From Escherichia coli (lineage in GTDB: Bacteria > Pseudomonadota > Gammaproteobacteria > Enterobacterales > Enterobacteriaceae), in assembly GCF_044324875.1 (NCBI RefSeq), contig NZ_CP172185.1: a stretch of DNA of 64,000 bases; one strand, given 5' to 3'. The stretch's first letter is position 1, and every line of letters begins with the position of its first letter. The notes under the pieces are model-generated. The model saw only the letters and a list, made by a program, of their open reading frames with translations. It was not told the DNA's origin and did no database searches. Shown piece by piece: positions 31,856 to 42,678 of the stretch. Both the position numbers and the translations under genes were made by a program.

Positions 31856-33346
31856 TCATGAACGGCTGTTTTTGTTCTGCTTATTGACATATAAACGCTC
31901 ATCGGAAGCTTTATACGCATCATGTAACGTATCGTTTTCTTTCATCGCGTAAATACCGGAAGAGAAGCCGATCTCTTTCTGCGGCGCGATATGTTGCAGA
32001 CGTTTTTCGATACGTTCAGGCAGTTGTGCTGCAATTTGCGGCGTCGAATCGACTAGAATGATGCAGAATTCATCGCCACCGAGTCGGATGGCATAATCAC
32101 TTTTACGAATCGACTGTTTAATCGCCTGAGCTAATAACGTAATCGCTAAATCCCCCTCCTGATGACCGAGGGTGTCATTTATTTGCTTTAACTTGTCCAT
32201 GTCAATTGCAATAAACATCACCGAAGAACCGGATTGCACCAGTTTTTGCAACCGCTGCTCCAGTTCAGGGGTTAAAATTTTGCGATTATACAGTCCTGTC
32301 ATCGCATCACTAATATTTTCTCGCGACACATTTTGGTATAAACGGAAGTGCATCCGCACCATATTCAGCAAAATTAACGCCGTCAAAATCCAGAACAGAA
32401 CGCTTTTCCACGAAGACGTGATAAAGTAAAGAATATCAATGGATAACGAGACACGAATACCGCCCGGTAAGTCATGGACGTAACTGACATACTGGAACAG
32501 ATTATCTTCGCTCTGGTTGATGATAATGTCGCGCCCCGAATCGGTATCGGTTAGCGTGACATTGAGAAAACGCCAGAGGAGAGGGCGGTCATGAGTGTAA
32601 AAGATATTCCGCAGATTGTTTTTGTTAATATCCAGCAGCACAATCCCTTTTAGCTGCCCTGCGACATATACCGGCGTCAGCAAACTCATCACGTTCTGTT
32701 TAGTACGCTGATCCTGGTAAATGCTCGATAAAACGGTACGCCCGGTAAATACCTTTTCAATATCTTTGCGATCGATGCCAATACTTCCTGACTGCAGGAA
32801 AGACCAGTTATTCATCGCAAAGTATTCAACATTAACCGGCTCATAAAAATAGACATAGCGGTCATTGAGATCGAGATAATAGTGAAATTTCTCTTCGGCC
32901 ATCCCAAGACCTGAACCGTAATCATCCTGGTGGCGGTTGCCTTCCACTGCCTGATCAAAAGCGGGTAATAGTGCTGCAGCTTCCACAATTGTGTCGCAGT
33001 CAGTGGATGCGGTTTGTAGTGTGCCGCGTAAGCCAGGGTATTTATGGGCAGTCAGGTTTAAGCCATGGGTATTATTGGCAGACTCAAAAGCCTCGCAGAT
33101 GGCGCGCCGCTGTTCTGGCGACACTTCCGACTGCTCAGCAGCGAGAGCGCGCATCACATGCGCGGCAATACTCTGATTCTGATACTTATCATAAAGAAAG
33201 GAGGAGTCTGCTCTCTGCACGATATAGCGCAGATAGGCACTCATTGCTCTGTCACTGGCGACAAGTTCAAAAATAAGGAAGGAAGATGTCAGCACAATGA
33301 CACTTGCGGCGATAAAATGCCGGAGCATTCTATGGTGCAATTTCAT
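31856..33346 (-). CDS. dgcJ: Diguanylate cyclase DgcJ (YeaJ), membrane-anchored periplasmic sensor plus GGDEF
   Basis: ORF 31856-33526; start placed at MKLHHRMLRHF... to give 496 aa; GGDEF motif (RLGGDEFCII) present. Confidence 0.88.
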   Translation of the reverse strand: MKLHHRMLRHFIAASVIVLTSSFLIFELVASDRAMSAYLRYIVQRADSSFLYDKYQNQSIAAHVMRALAAEQSEVSPEQRRAICEAFESANNTHGLNLTAHKYPGLRGTLQTASTDCDTIVEAAALLPAFDQAVEGNRHQDDYGSGLGMAEEKFHYYLDLNDRYVYFYEPVNVEYFAMNNWSFLQSGSIGIDRKDIEKVFTGRTVLSSIYQDQRTKQNVMSLLTPVYVAGQLKGIVLLDINKNNLRNIFYTHDRPLLWRFLNVTLTDTDSGRDIIINQSEDNLFQYVSYVHDLPGGIRVSLSIDILYFITSSWKSVLFWILTALILLNMVRMHFRLYQNVSRENISDAMTGLYNRKILTPELEQRLQKLVQSGSSVMFIAIDMDKLKQINDTLGHQEGDLAITLLAQAIKQSIRKSDYAIRLGGDEFCIILVDSTPQIAAQLPERIEKRLQHIAPQKEIGFSSGIYAMKENDTLHDAYKASDERLYVNKQNKNSRS

Positions 33347-33526
33347 GATAAATGGCACTCCTTCGGTTAGTGAAACGAGAAAACCAGATAAAGTTCGATT
33401 GCGGCCTGGCACAGGGGCGCTAATTATACTCATCTCTGCGCCGCTGGGGAGGGGAAATTTAGGGGTAATAGTAATAAATTGTATGCAAAAGCCACGCAAA
33501 AAGCATGGCTCTGAATATTTTTGCAC

Positions 33527-35002
33527 TTAAATATGATGAATAATCACTTTGTTGCCCCCCTCGCTTTTCGCTTCGCGTAAGGCTTTATCTGCTTCCGTCA
33601 TGACAAGCGAGATATTACGTGTGTCACCCGTTGAAAAAACCGTGCCAATACTGATGGTCATTTGCTCAGGAACATCATATCTGTTACTAAAGCCGGTCAG
33701 GAGTTCGACATTTTTACGCATACGTTCCGCAATGATTTTTGCCTGGGCACTATTCAGTTCGGTAAATAGCAAGCCAAACACCTCACCCTCCAGTCGCGCT
33801 AAAATATCATCGGGGCGGATGCTTTGCTGGATAATATCGACAATTGAAACCAGCACTTTATCACCCACACGATGTCCCCATTGGGCATTGATGCGTTTGA
33901 ACTGATTAATATCAACCAGCATGACACAGAAGTCCTTAACAACAGGTCGCGACAATAATGACTCTACGCTGTTGAAAAAGTAGCGCCGATTATAAATATT
34001 GGTCAGCACATCATGAACTGCCAGTTTGCTGGAGAGTTGCAGTTCCTGAAAAATGTTATAAATCAGAAAAGACACAACAAACAGTTTACTGGAGACTTCA
34101 ATCCCGCGACTGATATACCAGATGGTGTAATTATACTCATCCAGAGTTAGTAGAAGTAAGTTGCAGCATAGCGATGCCAGACATAATAATGCTATTAACG
34201 GCCATAGTTCGCTGGCTAATCGTGTACGCATGATAATAAAGAACAGTAAAAATGCCCACAGACAAACCAATATTTTTGTATAGTTGATTCCCCAGGTCGC
34301 AGTATGGTTGTCCGGACAGTAATCGACGACATACAAAGAATAGTCAGCGTTATAACTGCTCAGATTGTGTGCCAGAAGGGGAAAAACTAAAAAAGGAATC
34401 AGCGCCAGTAACAGAATGCCAGTTTTTTTCTTATTGTTGTCAAGGATGTTGTCTTTCCCATAACAAAAGAGCGCCAGCGAGGTTAAACAAATGAAACTGA
34501 GTTGGCGGAAAATATAGAAAATAGAAACATCATTCGACTTTGTCTGGATCAGTGTACTGCCGTTGATTGGTTTATGGATAATTACAATGGTTTCAACTAA
34601 ATAGATAAGGCCACTTAAAAATGCAAGGCTTAAAATGAGTGTTGGTAAAATTTGTTTGTTAGTGAAATACTTCATTAACATGAAAAGAAAAATGACGGCG
34701 TTAAGGAAAAACAAAGCCACAACAACCATCAGGTAATTCATCTGTGGGATGAGTTTTACATTCGTGTTTTCGTTATATAAGGTAGTAATGCAAAATAAAA
34801 TTAACGTCAGCAATAAGCTGAAAATAAAAAAGCCTTGAGCTTTTAATTTTTGTGTACCCATAGAAGCCATAAAAAGGAGAGCAATGTGAGTGCTGGATTT
34901 TATTGATGGCAGAGATATATAGTTTTGACCAGGATCAATTTTCGTTAACGATAAAAAATATTTAAAGAATAACCCCAGGGAAACACGTGTTGACCGAATC
35001 AT
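33527..35002 (-). CDS. dgcI: GGDEF-domain membrane protein DgcI (YeaI) with degenerate active-site motif EGEVF
   Basis: 491-aa ORF, multiple TM segments, C-terminal GGDEF domain with EGEVF in place of GG(D/E)EF (ARLEGEVFGLLF); very AT-rich coding sequence. Confidence 0.88.
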   Translation of the reverse strand: MIRSTRVSLGLFFKYFLSLTKIDPGQNYISLPSIKSSTHIALLFMASMGTQKLKAQGFFIFSLLLTLILFCITTLYNENTNVKLIPQMNYLMVVVALFFLNAVIFLFMLMKYFTNKQILPTLILSLAFLSGLIYLVETIVIIHKPINGSTLIQTKSNDVSIFYIFRQLSFICLTSLALFCYGKDNILDNNKKKTGILLLALIPFLVFPLLAHNLSSYNADYSLYVVDYCPDNHTATWGINYTKILVCLWAFLLFFIIMRTRLASELWPLIALLCLASLCCNLLLLTLDEYNYTIWYISRGIEVSSKLFVVSFLIYNIFQELQLSSKLAVHDVLTNIYNRRYFFNSVESLLSRPVVKDFCVMLVDINQFKRINAQWGHRVGDKVLVSIVDIIQQSIRPDDILARLEGEVFGLLFTELNSAQAKIIAERMRKNVELLTGFSNRYDVPEQMTISIGTVFSTGDTRNISLVMTEADKALREAKSEGGNKVIIHHI

Positions 35003-35148
35003 TTTTCCGAATGATTGTTTTCTGGAACTAAATTGTGTAAAGGTTATGCTGTCATATTTAAAGCGATTGTAAGCTAATGTATGTAATAAATGAGATAATT
35101 TACAGTGAGCTAAAAATCAGCCAGGCGATAATGACCCGGCTGATAGTT

Positions 35149-36444
<1,296 letters not shown>

Positions 36445-36544
36445 CTACATTTGCCAACTGTATGCTACGCCTGTGTTGCCGCTTCTCTGGCCCACGGTTC
36501 GCTGTCGTTGTAGGCCCGGTAGCATGTGTACCGGGCCAGGGTTG

Positions 36545-38479
36545 TTAAGACGATTTACGTACGCGCAAATACCATTCGCACAGTAAACGCACCTGTTTAC
36601 GGGTGTAGCCTTTTTCCATCATACGGTCGACAAAATCGTCGTGTTTCTTCTGCTCGTCGGTTGACGTTTTGGCGTTAAACGAAATAACCGGCAACAGCTC
36701 CTCGGTATTGGAGAACATTTTCTTCTCAATAACCGTGCGCAGTTTTTCATAGCTGGTCCAGTTAGGATTGCGTCCGCTGTTATTCGCTCTGGCGCGCAGT
36801 ACGAAGTTAACAATCTCGTTGCGGAAATCTTTTGGATTACTGATCCCCGCCGGTTTCTCGATTTTCTCCAGCTCGGCGTTAAGAGACTCGCGGTCAAACA
36901 ACTGCCCGGTATCCGGATCGCGATACTCCTGATCCTGAATCCAGAAATCCGCGTAGGTAACATAACGGTCGAAAATGTTTTGCCCATATTCGGAATAGGA
37001 TTCAAGGTAGGCCGTCTGGATCTCTTTGCCGATAAACTCGGCATATTTCGGGATCAGATAACCTTTCAGGAACTCCAGATAGCGTTCTGCCTGCTCTTGC
37101 GGGAACTGCTCGCGCTCGATCTGCTGTTCCAGGACGTAGAACAGATGGACCGGGTTTGCCGCCACTTCTACATGATCGAAGTTGAACACGCGGGAGAGGA
37201 TCTTAAACGCAAAACGCGTCGACAGACCGTTCATCCCTTCATCGACACCGGCGTAGTCACGATATTCCTGATACGACTTGGCTTTGGGATCTGTGTCTTT
37301 CAGACTTTCGCCATCATAAACCCGCATCTTTGAATAAATGCTGGAGTTTTCTGGCTCTTTAAGGCGCGAAAGAATGGAAAAACGTGACAGCGTTTCCAGC
37401 GTGCCAGGGGCGCAGGGGGCGTGAGTCAATTCACTGTGATTAAGCAATTTCTCGTAGATTTTGATCTCTTCGGAAATGCGCAAGCAATACGGCACCTTCA
37501 CGATGTATACACGATCGAGGAAGGCTTCGTTGTTTTTGTTATTACGGAAAGTGACCCATTCGGATTCGTTCGAGTGGGCGAGAATAATCCCGTTGAACGG
37601 CAGGGCGGAGATACCTTCCGTCCCGTTGTAGTTACCTTCCTGAGTGGCGGTTAGCAAGGGATGCAGCACTTTAATCGGTGCTTTAAACATCTCAACGAAT
37701 TCCATGATCCCCTGATTGGCGCGGCACAGCGCACCGGAATAGCCGTAGGCGTCCGGGTCATTCTGCGCGTAGTGTTCGAGTTTACGAATATCGACTTTCC
37801 CAACCAGCGCGGAGATGTCCTGGTTGTTCTCATCACCGGGTTCCGTTTTGGCGATAGCAATTTGTTGCAGAATTGACGGCCAGACCTTCACTACCCGGAA
37901 CTTAGTGATATCGCCACCAAATTCATGCAGGCGTTTTGCCGCCCACGGCGACATGATGGTGCCGAGATAACGGCGAGGAATGCCATACTCTTTTTCCAGA
38001 ATCTGCGCATCTTCCTGCGGATTGAAAAGACAGAACGGATGATCGTTGACCGGGCTACGCTCACCGTTGGCGCTCAATACATAAATCGGTACGAGCTGCA
38101 TTAATGATTTCAGTCGCTCAGCAAGCGATGATTTACCCCCACCCACAGGCCCCAGCAGATACAGGATTTGTTTCTTCTCTTCCAGCCCCTGAGCCGCGTG
38201 TTTCAGATAAGAGACAATCTGTTCAATCGCGTCTTCCATGCCGTAAAACTCTTCAAATGCCGGATAACGTGCAATGACCCGGTTAGAAAAGAGTCGAGAA
38301 AGTCTGGGTTCCTGGGCTGTATCGACCATGACAGGCTCACCGATAGCCATCAATAGCCGCTCAGCCGCGTTGGCATAAGCACTGCGATCTTGCCGACAAG
38401 TGGTAAGAAACTCCTGCAGTGTGAACTCTTCGTCCTTGGCAGCTTCATATCGCTGGCGATAGTGATCGAATATATTCAT
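36545..38479 (-). CDS. yeaG: PrkA-family serine protein kinase YeaG
   Basis: 644-aa ORF with Walker A (GPVGGGKSS) and PrkA-type kinase region. Confidence 0.92.
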   Translation of the reverse strand: MNIFDHYRQRYEAAKDEEFTLQEFLTTCRQDRSAYANAAERLLMAIGEPVMVDTAQEPRLSRLFSNRVIARYPAFEEFYGMEDAIEQIVSYLKHAAQGLEEKKQILYLLGPVGGGKSSLAERLKSLMQLVPIYVLSANGERSPVNDHPFCLFNPQEDAQILEKEYGIPRRYLGTIMSPWAAKRLHEFGGDITKFRVVKVWPSILQQIAIAKTEPGDENNQDISALVGKVDIRKLEHYAQNDPDAYGYSGALCRANQGIMEFVEMFKAPIKVLHPLLTATQEGNYNGTEGISALPFNGIILAHSNESEWVTFRNNKNNEAFLDRVYIVKVPYCLRISEEIKIYEKLLNHSELTHAPCAPGTLETLSRFSILSRLKEPENSSIYSKMRVYDGESLKDTDPKAKSYQEYRDYAGVDEGMNGLSTRFAFKILSRVFNFDHVEVAANPVHLFYVLEQQIEREQFPQEQAERYLEFLKGYLIPKYAEFIGKEIQTAYLESYSEYGQNIFDRYVTYADFWIQDQEYRDPDTGQLFDRESLNAELEKIEKPAGISNPKDFRNEIVNFVLRARANNSGRNPNWTSYEKLRTVIEKKMFSNTEELLPVISFNAKTSTDEQKKHDDFVDRMMEKGYTRKQVRLLCEWYLRVRKSS

Positions 38480-38582
38480 GGTATGCCGTCCTTTCGTTTT
38501 TTAGCACAGGTTAAGAGCCGTTCATATGAATAGTAGAGGCTCCCGGAAGAGGTAAACTGAACGACGTCTCTTGCTAAAACAC

Positions 38583-38598
38583 AGCAACTCTCATGCCA
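38583..38598 (-). promoter_or_regulatory. Putative sigma54 (-24/-12) promoter of yeaG-yeaH: minus-strand TGGCAT-N5-TTGCT
   Basis: Minus-strand sequence TGGCATGAGAGTTGCT matches TGGCAC-N5-TTGCW spacing and core GG/GC, about 105 bp upstream of the yeaG start; yeaGH is reported to be NtrC/nitrogen-starvation induced. Confidence 0.5.
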
Positions 38599-38914
38599 TT
38601 TTATCGACGATGAGAACAACGTGCCCGGTGATACACCTTCAAAATTAAGCGTAGATGGCAAATGGAAAACTTGCCTGCACGGCTTTCTTAATTTCAATGG
38701 CATATCAACAACTCATCCATAAATTTTGCATAATTAATGTAAAGACCAGGGTCGCCAGTAACGCTAAATTCATTTGGCTGTAAGCGCGGTGTCATCCGCG
38801 TCAGGAAAATTAAACAGTTACTTTAAAAAATGAAAACGTAAAAAGGTTGGGTTTCGATGTATTGACGGGTAAACTTTGTCGCCCGCTAAACATTTGTTTA
38901 AGGAATGATTAATT

Positions 38915-39661
38915 GTGACCAAACTCAAACTTCTGGCACTTGGAGTGCTTATCGCAACGTCTGCAGGCGTAGCGCACGCTGAAGGTAAATTTTCCCTGGG
39001 CGCAGGCGTAGGTGTCGTTGAACACCCATATAAAGATTACGATACCGATGTTTACCCAGTACCGGTAATCAACTATGAAGGCGATAACTTCTGGTTCCGT
39101 GGCTTAGGTGGTGGTTACTACCTGTGGAATGACGCAACGGACAAACTTTCAATTACCGCTTACTGGTCGCCGCTTTACTTCAAAGCTAAAGACAGTGGCG
39201 ATCACCAAATGCGTCACCTGGATGACCGTAAGAGCACCATGATGGCTGGTCTGTCTTATGCTCACTTTACCCAGTACGGTTACCTGCGTACCACCCTGGC
39301 TGGCGATACCCTGGATAACAGCAACGGCATTGTCTGGGATATGGCCTGGTTGTATCGTTACACCAACGGCGGCCTGACCGTGACTCCGGGTATTGGTGTG
39401 CAGTGGAACAGCGAAAACCAGAACGAATACTATTATGGCGTATCGCGCAAAGAGTCCGCTCGCAGCGGTCTGCGTGGCTATAACCCGAACGACAGCTGGA
39501 GCCCTTACCTGGAGCTGAGCGCCAGCTACAACTTCCTCGGCGACTGGAGTGTTTACGGTACCGCGCGCTACACCCGTCTGTCTGATGAAGTTACTGACAG
39601 CCCGATGGTGGATAAATCCTGGACTGGCCTGATTTCTACCGGGATCACCTACAAATTCTGA
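38915..39661 (+). CDS. mipA: MltA-interacting outer-membrane protein MipA
   Basis: 248-aa ORF with signal peptide (MTKLKLLALGVLIATSAGVAHA) and C-terminal aromatic residue typical of outer-membrane beta-barrels. Confidence 0.9.
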   Translation: MTKLKLLALGVLIATSAGVAHAEGKFSLGAGVGVVEHPYKDYDTDVYPVPVINYEGDNFWFRGLGGGYYLWNDATDKLSITAYWSPLYFKAKDSGDHQMRHLDDRKSTMMAGLSYAHFTQYGYLRTTLAGDTLDNSNGIVWDMAWLYRYTNGGLTVTPGIGVQWNSENQNEYYYGVSRKESARSGLRGYNPNDSWSPYLELSASYNFLGDWSVYGTARYTRLSDEVTDSPMVDKSWTGLISTGITYKF

Positions 39662-39692
39662 TAATGCATCTTTCCAGGGCATTTTGTGCATA

Positions 39693-39718
39693 AAAACAGG
39701 GCGTCACGCCCTGTTTTG
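39693..39718 (+). terminator. Rho-independent terminator of mipA (aaaacagggcgtcacgccctgtttt)
   Basis: Perfect GC-rich hairpin flanked by A and T runs. Confidence 0.6.
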
Positions 39719-39750
39719 CATTACGGTGGTGCAATACCTGGGAGGAAACA

Positions 39751-40039
39751 ATGCAACAAAAAATGATTCAATTTAGTGGCGATGTCTCACTGCCAGCCAT
39801 AGGGCAGGGAACATGGTATATGGGCGAAGATGCCAGTCAGCGCAAAACAGAAGTAGCTGCACTACGCGCGGGCATTGAACTCGGTTTAACCCTCATTGAT
39901 ACCGCCGAAATGTATGCCGATGGTGGTGCCGAAAAGGTGGTTGGGGAAGCATTAACCGGTCTGCGAGAGAAGGTCTTTCTCGTCTCTAAAGTCTATCCGT
40001 GGAATGCTGGCGGGCAAAAAGCGATAAATGCATGCGAAG
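39751..40039 (+). pseudogene. yeaE: yeaE 5' fragment (aldo-keto reductase, codons 1-96), interrupted by the IS21-family insertion
   Basis: ATG 39751 (MQQKMIQFSGDVSLPAIGQGTWYMGED...NAGGQKAINACE) then IS sequence; the reading frame resumes at 42683 with ASLRRLNTDYLDLYLLHW.... Confidence 0.85.
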
Positions 40040-40165
40040 TGCAAAATGGCATCTGAATCGATCGCAGTTTGGCATTCGAATCGATCATGATTTGGCATCC
40101 ATCTCCGATCACAGTTTGGCATCACAATCGATCACGATTTGGCATGCTTCCGATCATTGATTGGC
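40040..40165 (+). repeat. Left-end multiple terminal repeats of the IS21-family element (5-6 tandem copies of about 22 bp, each with a GATC)
   Basis: Tandem units gatcgcagtttggcattc / gatcatgatttggcatcc / gatcacagtttggcatca / gatcacgatttggcatgc / gatcattgattggcatcc seen in sequence. Confidence 0.65.
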
Positions 40166-40241
40166 ATCCTGCCAGTCACTCCGGGAATTAACTCTTTTCA
40201 CCACAGTCTCCATTGCCGTGTTTAAACCAGTGGAGACGTCA

Positions 40242-41807
40242 ATGTCCAGAAAGAGAAAATCCAGGAGCACTATGGAAACCTGTTTTAAGATCCTTCAGCT
40301 CAAGTTCGACAAGAAGCTGACTAACCGTTGTATCGGACTGACGTTACACATCAGCGCCTCAACCGTTTTTGAGGTTCTTGCCCGCTTCAAAGCCTCTTCT
40401 CTGTCATGGCCATTACCTGCTGATATATCCCATGACACGCTGGAGAAACTCATTTTTCCGCCCAAAGACACCTTTGCATCAGAGCTTGTAATGCCTGACA
40501 TGTTGTACTTCGATACGGAAATGAGAAAACCAGGTGTGACGCGGCAACTGTTGTGGATGGAATACAAGGCACAGGCGGGTAACAAAGCGATGGGATACTC
40601 GCACTTCTGCCGTTGCTACCGGGAGTGGAAAAAAACGCGACGTCTCTCCATGCGCCAGGAGCATCGTGCCGGCGAAAAGCTTTTTATCGACTTCTGTGGT
40701 CCTACGGTTCCTGTTATTAATCCGGACACCGGTGAGATACGCCGCGTGGCAATCTTCGTGGCCGTAATGGGGGCGTCCAACTATACCTACGTTGAAGCGT
40801 GCGAAGGTCAGGACATGATGTCATGGTTAAATGCCCACAGCCGTTGCCTGACCTTCCTGGGCGGCGTACCGAAGCTGCTCATCCCCGATAACCTCAGAAG
40901 CGCAGTGAAAAAGGCCGATCGATATGAGCCTGTCATCAACGACAGTTATCAGGCACTGGCTGAGCACTATGGCACGGTTATCATCCCGGCCCGACCACGC
41001 AAACCTAAAGATAAACCAAAAGCAGAAAACGGCGTCCTCATCGTTGAACGATGGCTTCTTGCCCGCATCCGTAATGAAACCTTCCACACGCTCAGGGCGC
41101 TGAATGCGCGCCTTAGGGAGTTACTGACAGACATGAATAACCGGCCAATGAAGGGGTACGGCAATCAAACCCGTGCAGAACGCTTCCGCATACTGGATGC
41201 GCCAGCACTCTCTCCGCTGCCTCTGGCACCTTATGAATACACGGAATACAAAGCTGTGAAGGTTGGCCCTGACTACCACGTTGAATATGCCCGTCACTGG
41301 TACTCCGTTCCACACGAACTGGTCGGTCAGCGTCTGTCACTGAAGGCGGGGCAGTCGGTGGTACAGCTCTGGCACAAGGGGCAGTGTGTGGCGCAACATC
41401 CGCGCAGCACACATGAATATAAACACACAACCAATCCGCTTCACATGCCAGAGCGCCACCGGCAGCACGGGACATGGACACCGGAACGCCTGATCGAGCA
41501 GGGAAAACGTACGGGCCCGTCCACAGGCCGGGTGGTTGAATCCATGCTGAAGGCAAAACCCCATCCGGAACTGGCTTATCGTGCAGTTCTGGGGCTGCTG
41601 GCACTTCAGAAAAAATACGGCCCGGAACGGCTGGAAAAGGCCTGTTACGTTGCCCTGCACTATAACGCCCCTGACAGACGCTTTATCGACAATCTGCTGC
41701 GTCACCATCGGGAGAACCTGGAGCTTCCATTATCCCGCCAGGGCGAACAACATCCGGCATATGCTTCAGAGCATGAAAACCTGCGTGGTCCGGGCTACTA
41801 CCACTGA
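40242..41807 (+). CDS. istA: IS21-family transposase IstA
   Basis: ORF 40161-41807; start placed at MSRKRKSRSTMETCFKILQLK... (HTH N-terminus followed by a DDE integrase core). Confidence 0.88.
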   Translation: MSRKRKSRSTMETCFKILQLKFDKKLTNRCIGLTLHISASTVFEVLARFKASSLSWPLPADISHDTLEKLIFPPKDTFASELVMPDMLYFDTEMRKPGVTRQLLWMEYKAQAGNKAMGYSHFCRCYREWKKTRRLSMRQEHRAGEKLFIDFCGPTVPVINPDTGEIRRVAIFVAVMGASNYTYVEACEGQDMMSWLNAHSRCLTFLGGVPKLLIPDNLRSAVKKADRYEPVINDSYQALAEHYGTVIIPARPRKPKDKPKAENGVLIVERWLLARIRNETFHTLRALNARLRELLTDMNNRPMKGYGNQTRAERFRILDAPALSPLPLAPYEYTEYKAVKVGPDYHVEYARHWYSVPHELVGQRLSLKAGQSVVQLWHKGQCVAQHPRSTHEYKHTTNPLHMPERHRQHGTWTPERLIEQGKRTGPSTGRVVESMLKAKPHPELAYRAVLGLLALQKKYGPERLEKACYVALHYNAPDRRFIDNLLRHHRENLELPLSRQGEQHPAYASEHENLRGPGYYH

Positions 41808-41823
41808 CAGAAGGAACAACAGT

Positions 41824-42579
41824 ATGAGTGATAACCTGTTAAACAAACTGACCCAACTGAAACTCCCGGCGATGGCCGGGAGCCTGATACGGCAGCGGGA
41901 AACGCCTCAGACCTACGACGAACTGTCGTTCGAGGAAAGGCTGACGCTGCTGGTTGATGACGAGCTTCTGAGCAGGGAAAACAGCCGTGTGGCACGGTTG
42001 AGAAAAAATGCCGGCCTGAAATACCAGGCAACACCGGAAGGGCTGCGCTATCCGGCCTCAAGAGGTCTGCGGGCTGAACAGATGAGAGAACTGCTGAACG
42101 GCCACTACATAACCCACAGGAAAAACCTGCTGATAACCGGTCCGACAGGATGTGGCAAGAGCTGGATAGCCAATGCGCTGGGCGAACAGGCATGTCGACA
42201 GAAACACAGCGTCCGGTACTGTAGAACCGGGCGATTACTGGAACAACTGGCTCAGGGACGTGTTGATGGCAGCTGGCTGAAATATCTGAAACAGTTGCAA
42301 AAAATACAGGTTCTAATCCTGGACGATCTGGGGCTGGAACAGTTAAGTAACGCCCAGTGTAATGACCTTCTGGAGCTCATAGAGGATCGTTACGGACAAA
42401 GCAGCACGATAGTGGTAAGCCAGTTCCCGGTAGATAAATGGCATGGTCTGATGGAGAACCCAACAACAGCAGATGCCATCCTGGACAGACTGGTACATAA
42501 CTCACACCGAGTGGTCCTTCAGGGAGAGTCACTGAGGAAAAATCCCCCGGTAGTGGAAAGCAGCGAAAAAACGCGTTAA
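41824..42579 (+). CDS. istB: IS21-family ATP-binding helper protein IstB
   Basis: Start ATG 41824 (MSDNLLNKLTQLKLPAM...) after an AGGAA-type RBS; Walker A (GPTGCGKS) and Walker B (LILDDLG). Confidence 0.88.
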   Translation: MSDNLLNKLTQLKLPAMAGSLIRQRETPQTYDELSFEERLTLLVDDELLSRENSRVARLRKNAGLKYQATPEGLRYPASRGLRAEQMRELLNGHYITHRKNLLITGPTGCGKSWIANALGEQACRQKHSVRYCRTGRLLEQLAQGRVDGSWLKYLKQLQKIQVLILDDLGLEQLSNAQCNDLLELIEDRYGQSSTIVVSQFPVDKWHGLMENPTTADAILDRLVHNSHRVVLQGESLRKNPPVVESSEKTR

Positions 42580-42678
42580 AAAGCGGTAGAAAAAGTTAAG
42601 TTCCCGGTTGATCGAATGGATGCGAATCGCTGATCGGACTTCGATGCCAATCCGTGATCGAATAGAGCGGAATACGCA

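Larger units (their letters stand above)
40040..42678 (+). mobile_element. IS21-family insertion sequence (about 2.64 kb) carrying istA-istB, TG...CA termini, flanked by a 5-bp CGAAG duplication
   Basis: istA and istB ORFs in tandem; arrays of about 22-bp terminal repeats (GATC-N6-TTTGGCAT) at the left end and inverted copies at the right end; CGAAG at 40035-40039 and 42679-42683; removing the element restores an intact yeaE frame. Confidence 0.85.

Noticed and set aside
40040-40165. Short regularly spaced repeats that could be mistaken for a CRISPR array
   Set aside because: The units are about 22 bp with no unique spacers of CRISPR length; they sit at the terminus of an IS21-family element and match its multiple-terminal-repeat architecture; there are no cas genes.
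41113-41708. Minus-strand ORFs (163 and 123 codons) inside istA
   Set aside because: Antisense to the IstA transposase coding region; Pro/Ala/Arg-rich, no initiation signal.
41581-42579. 332-codon extended istB frame starting inside istA
   Set aside because: The upstream 80 codons overlap the istA 3' end in another frame and lack IstB homology; the ATG at 41824 with an RBS gives the canonical roughly 251-aa IstB.
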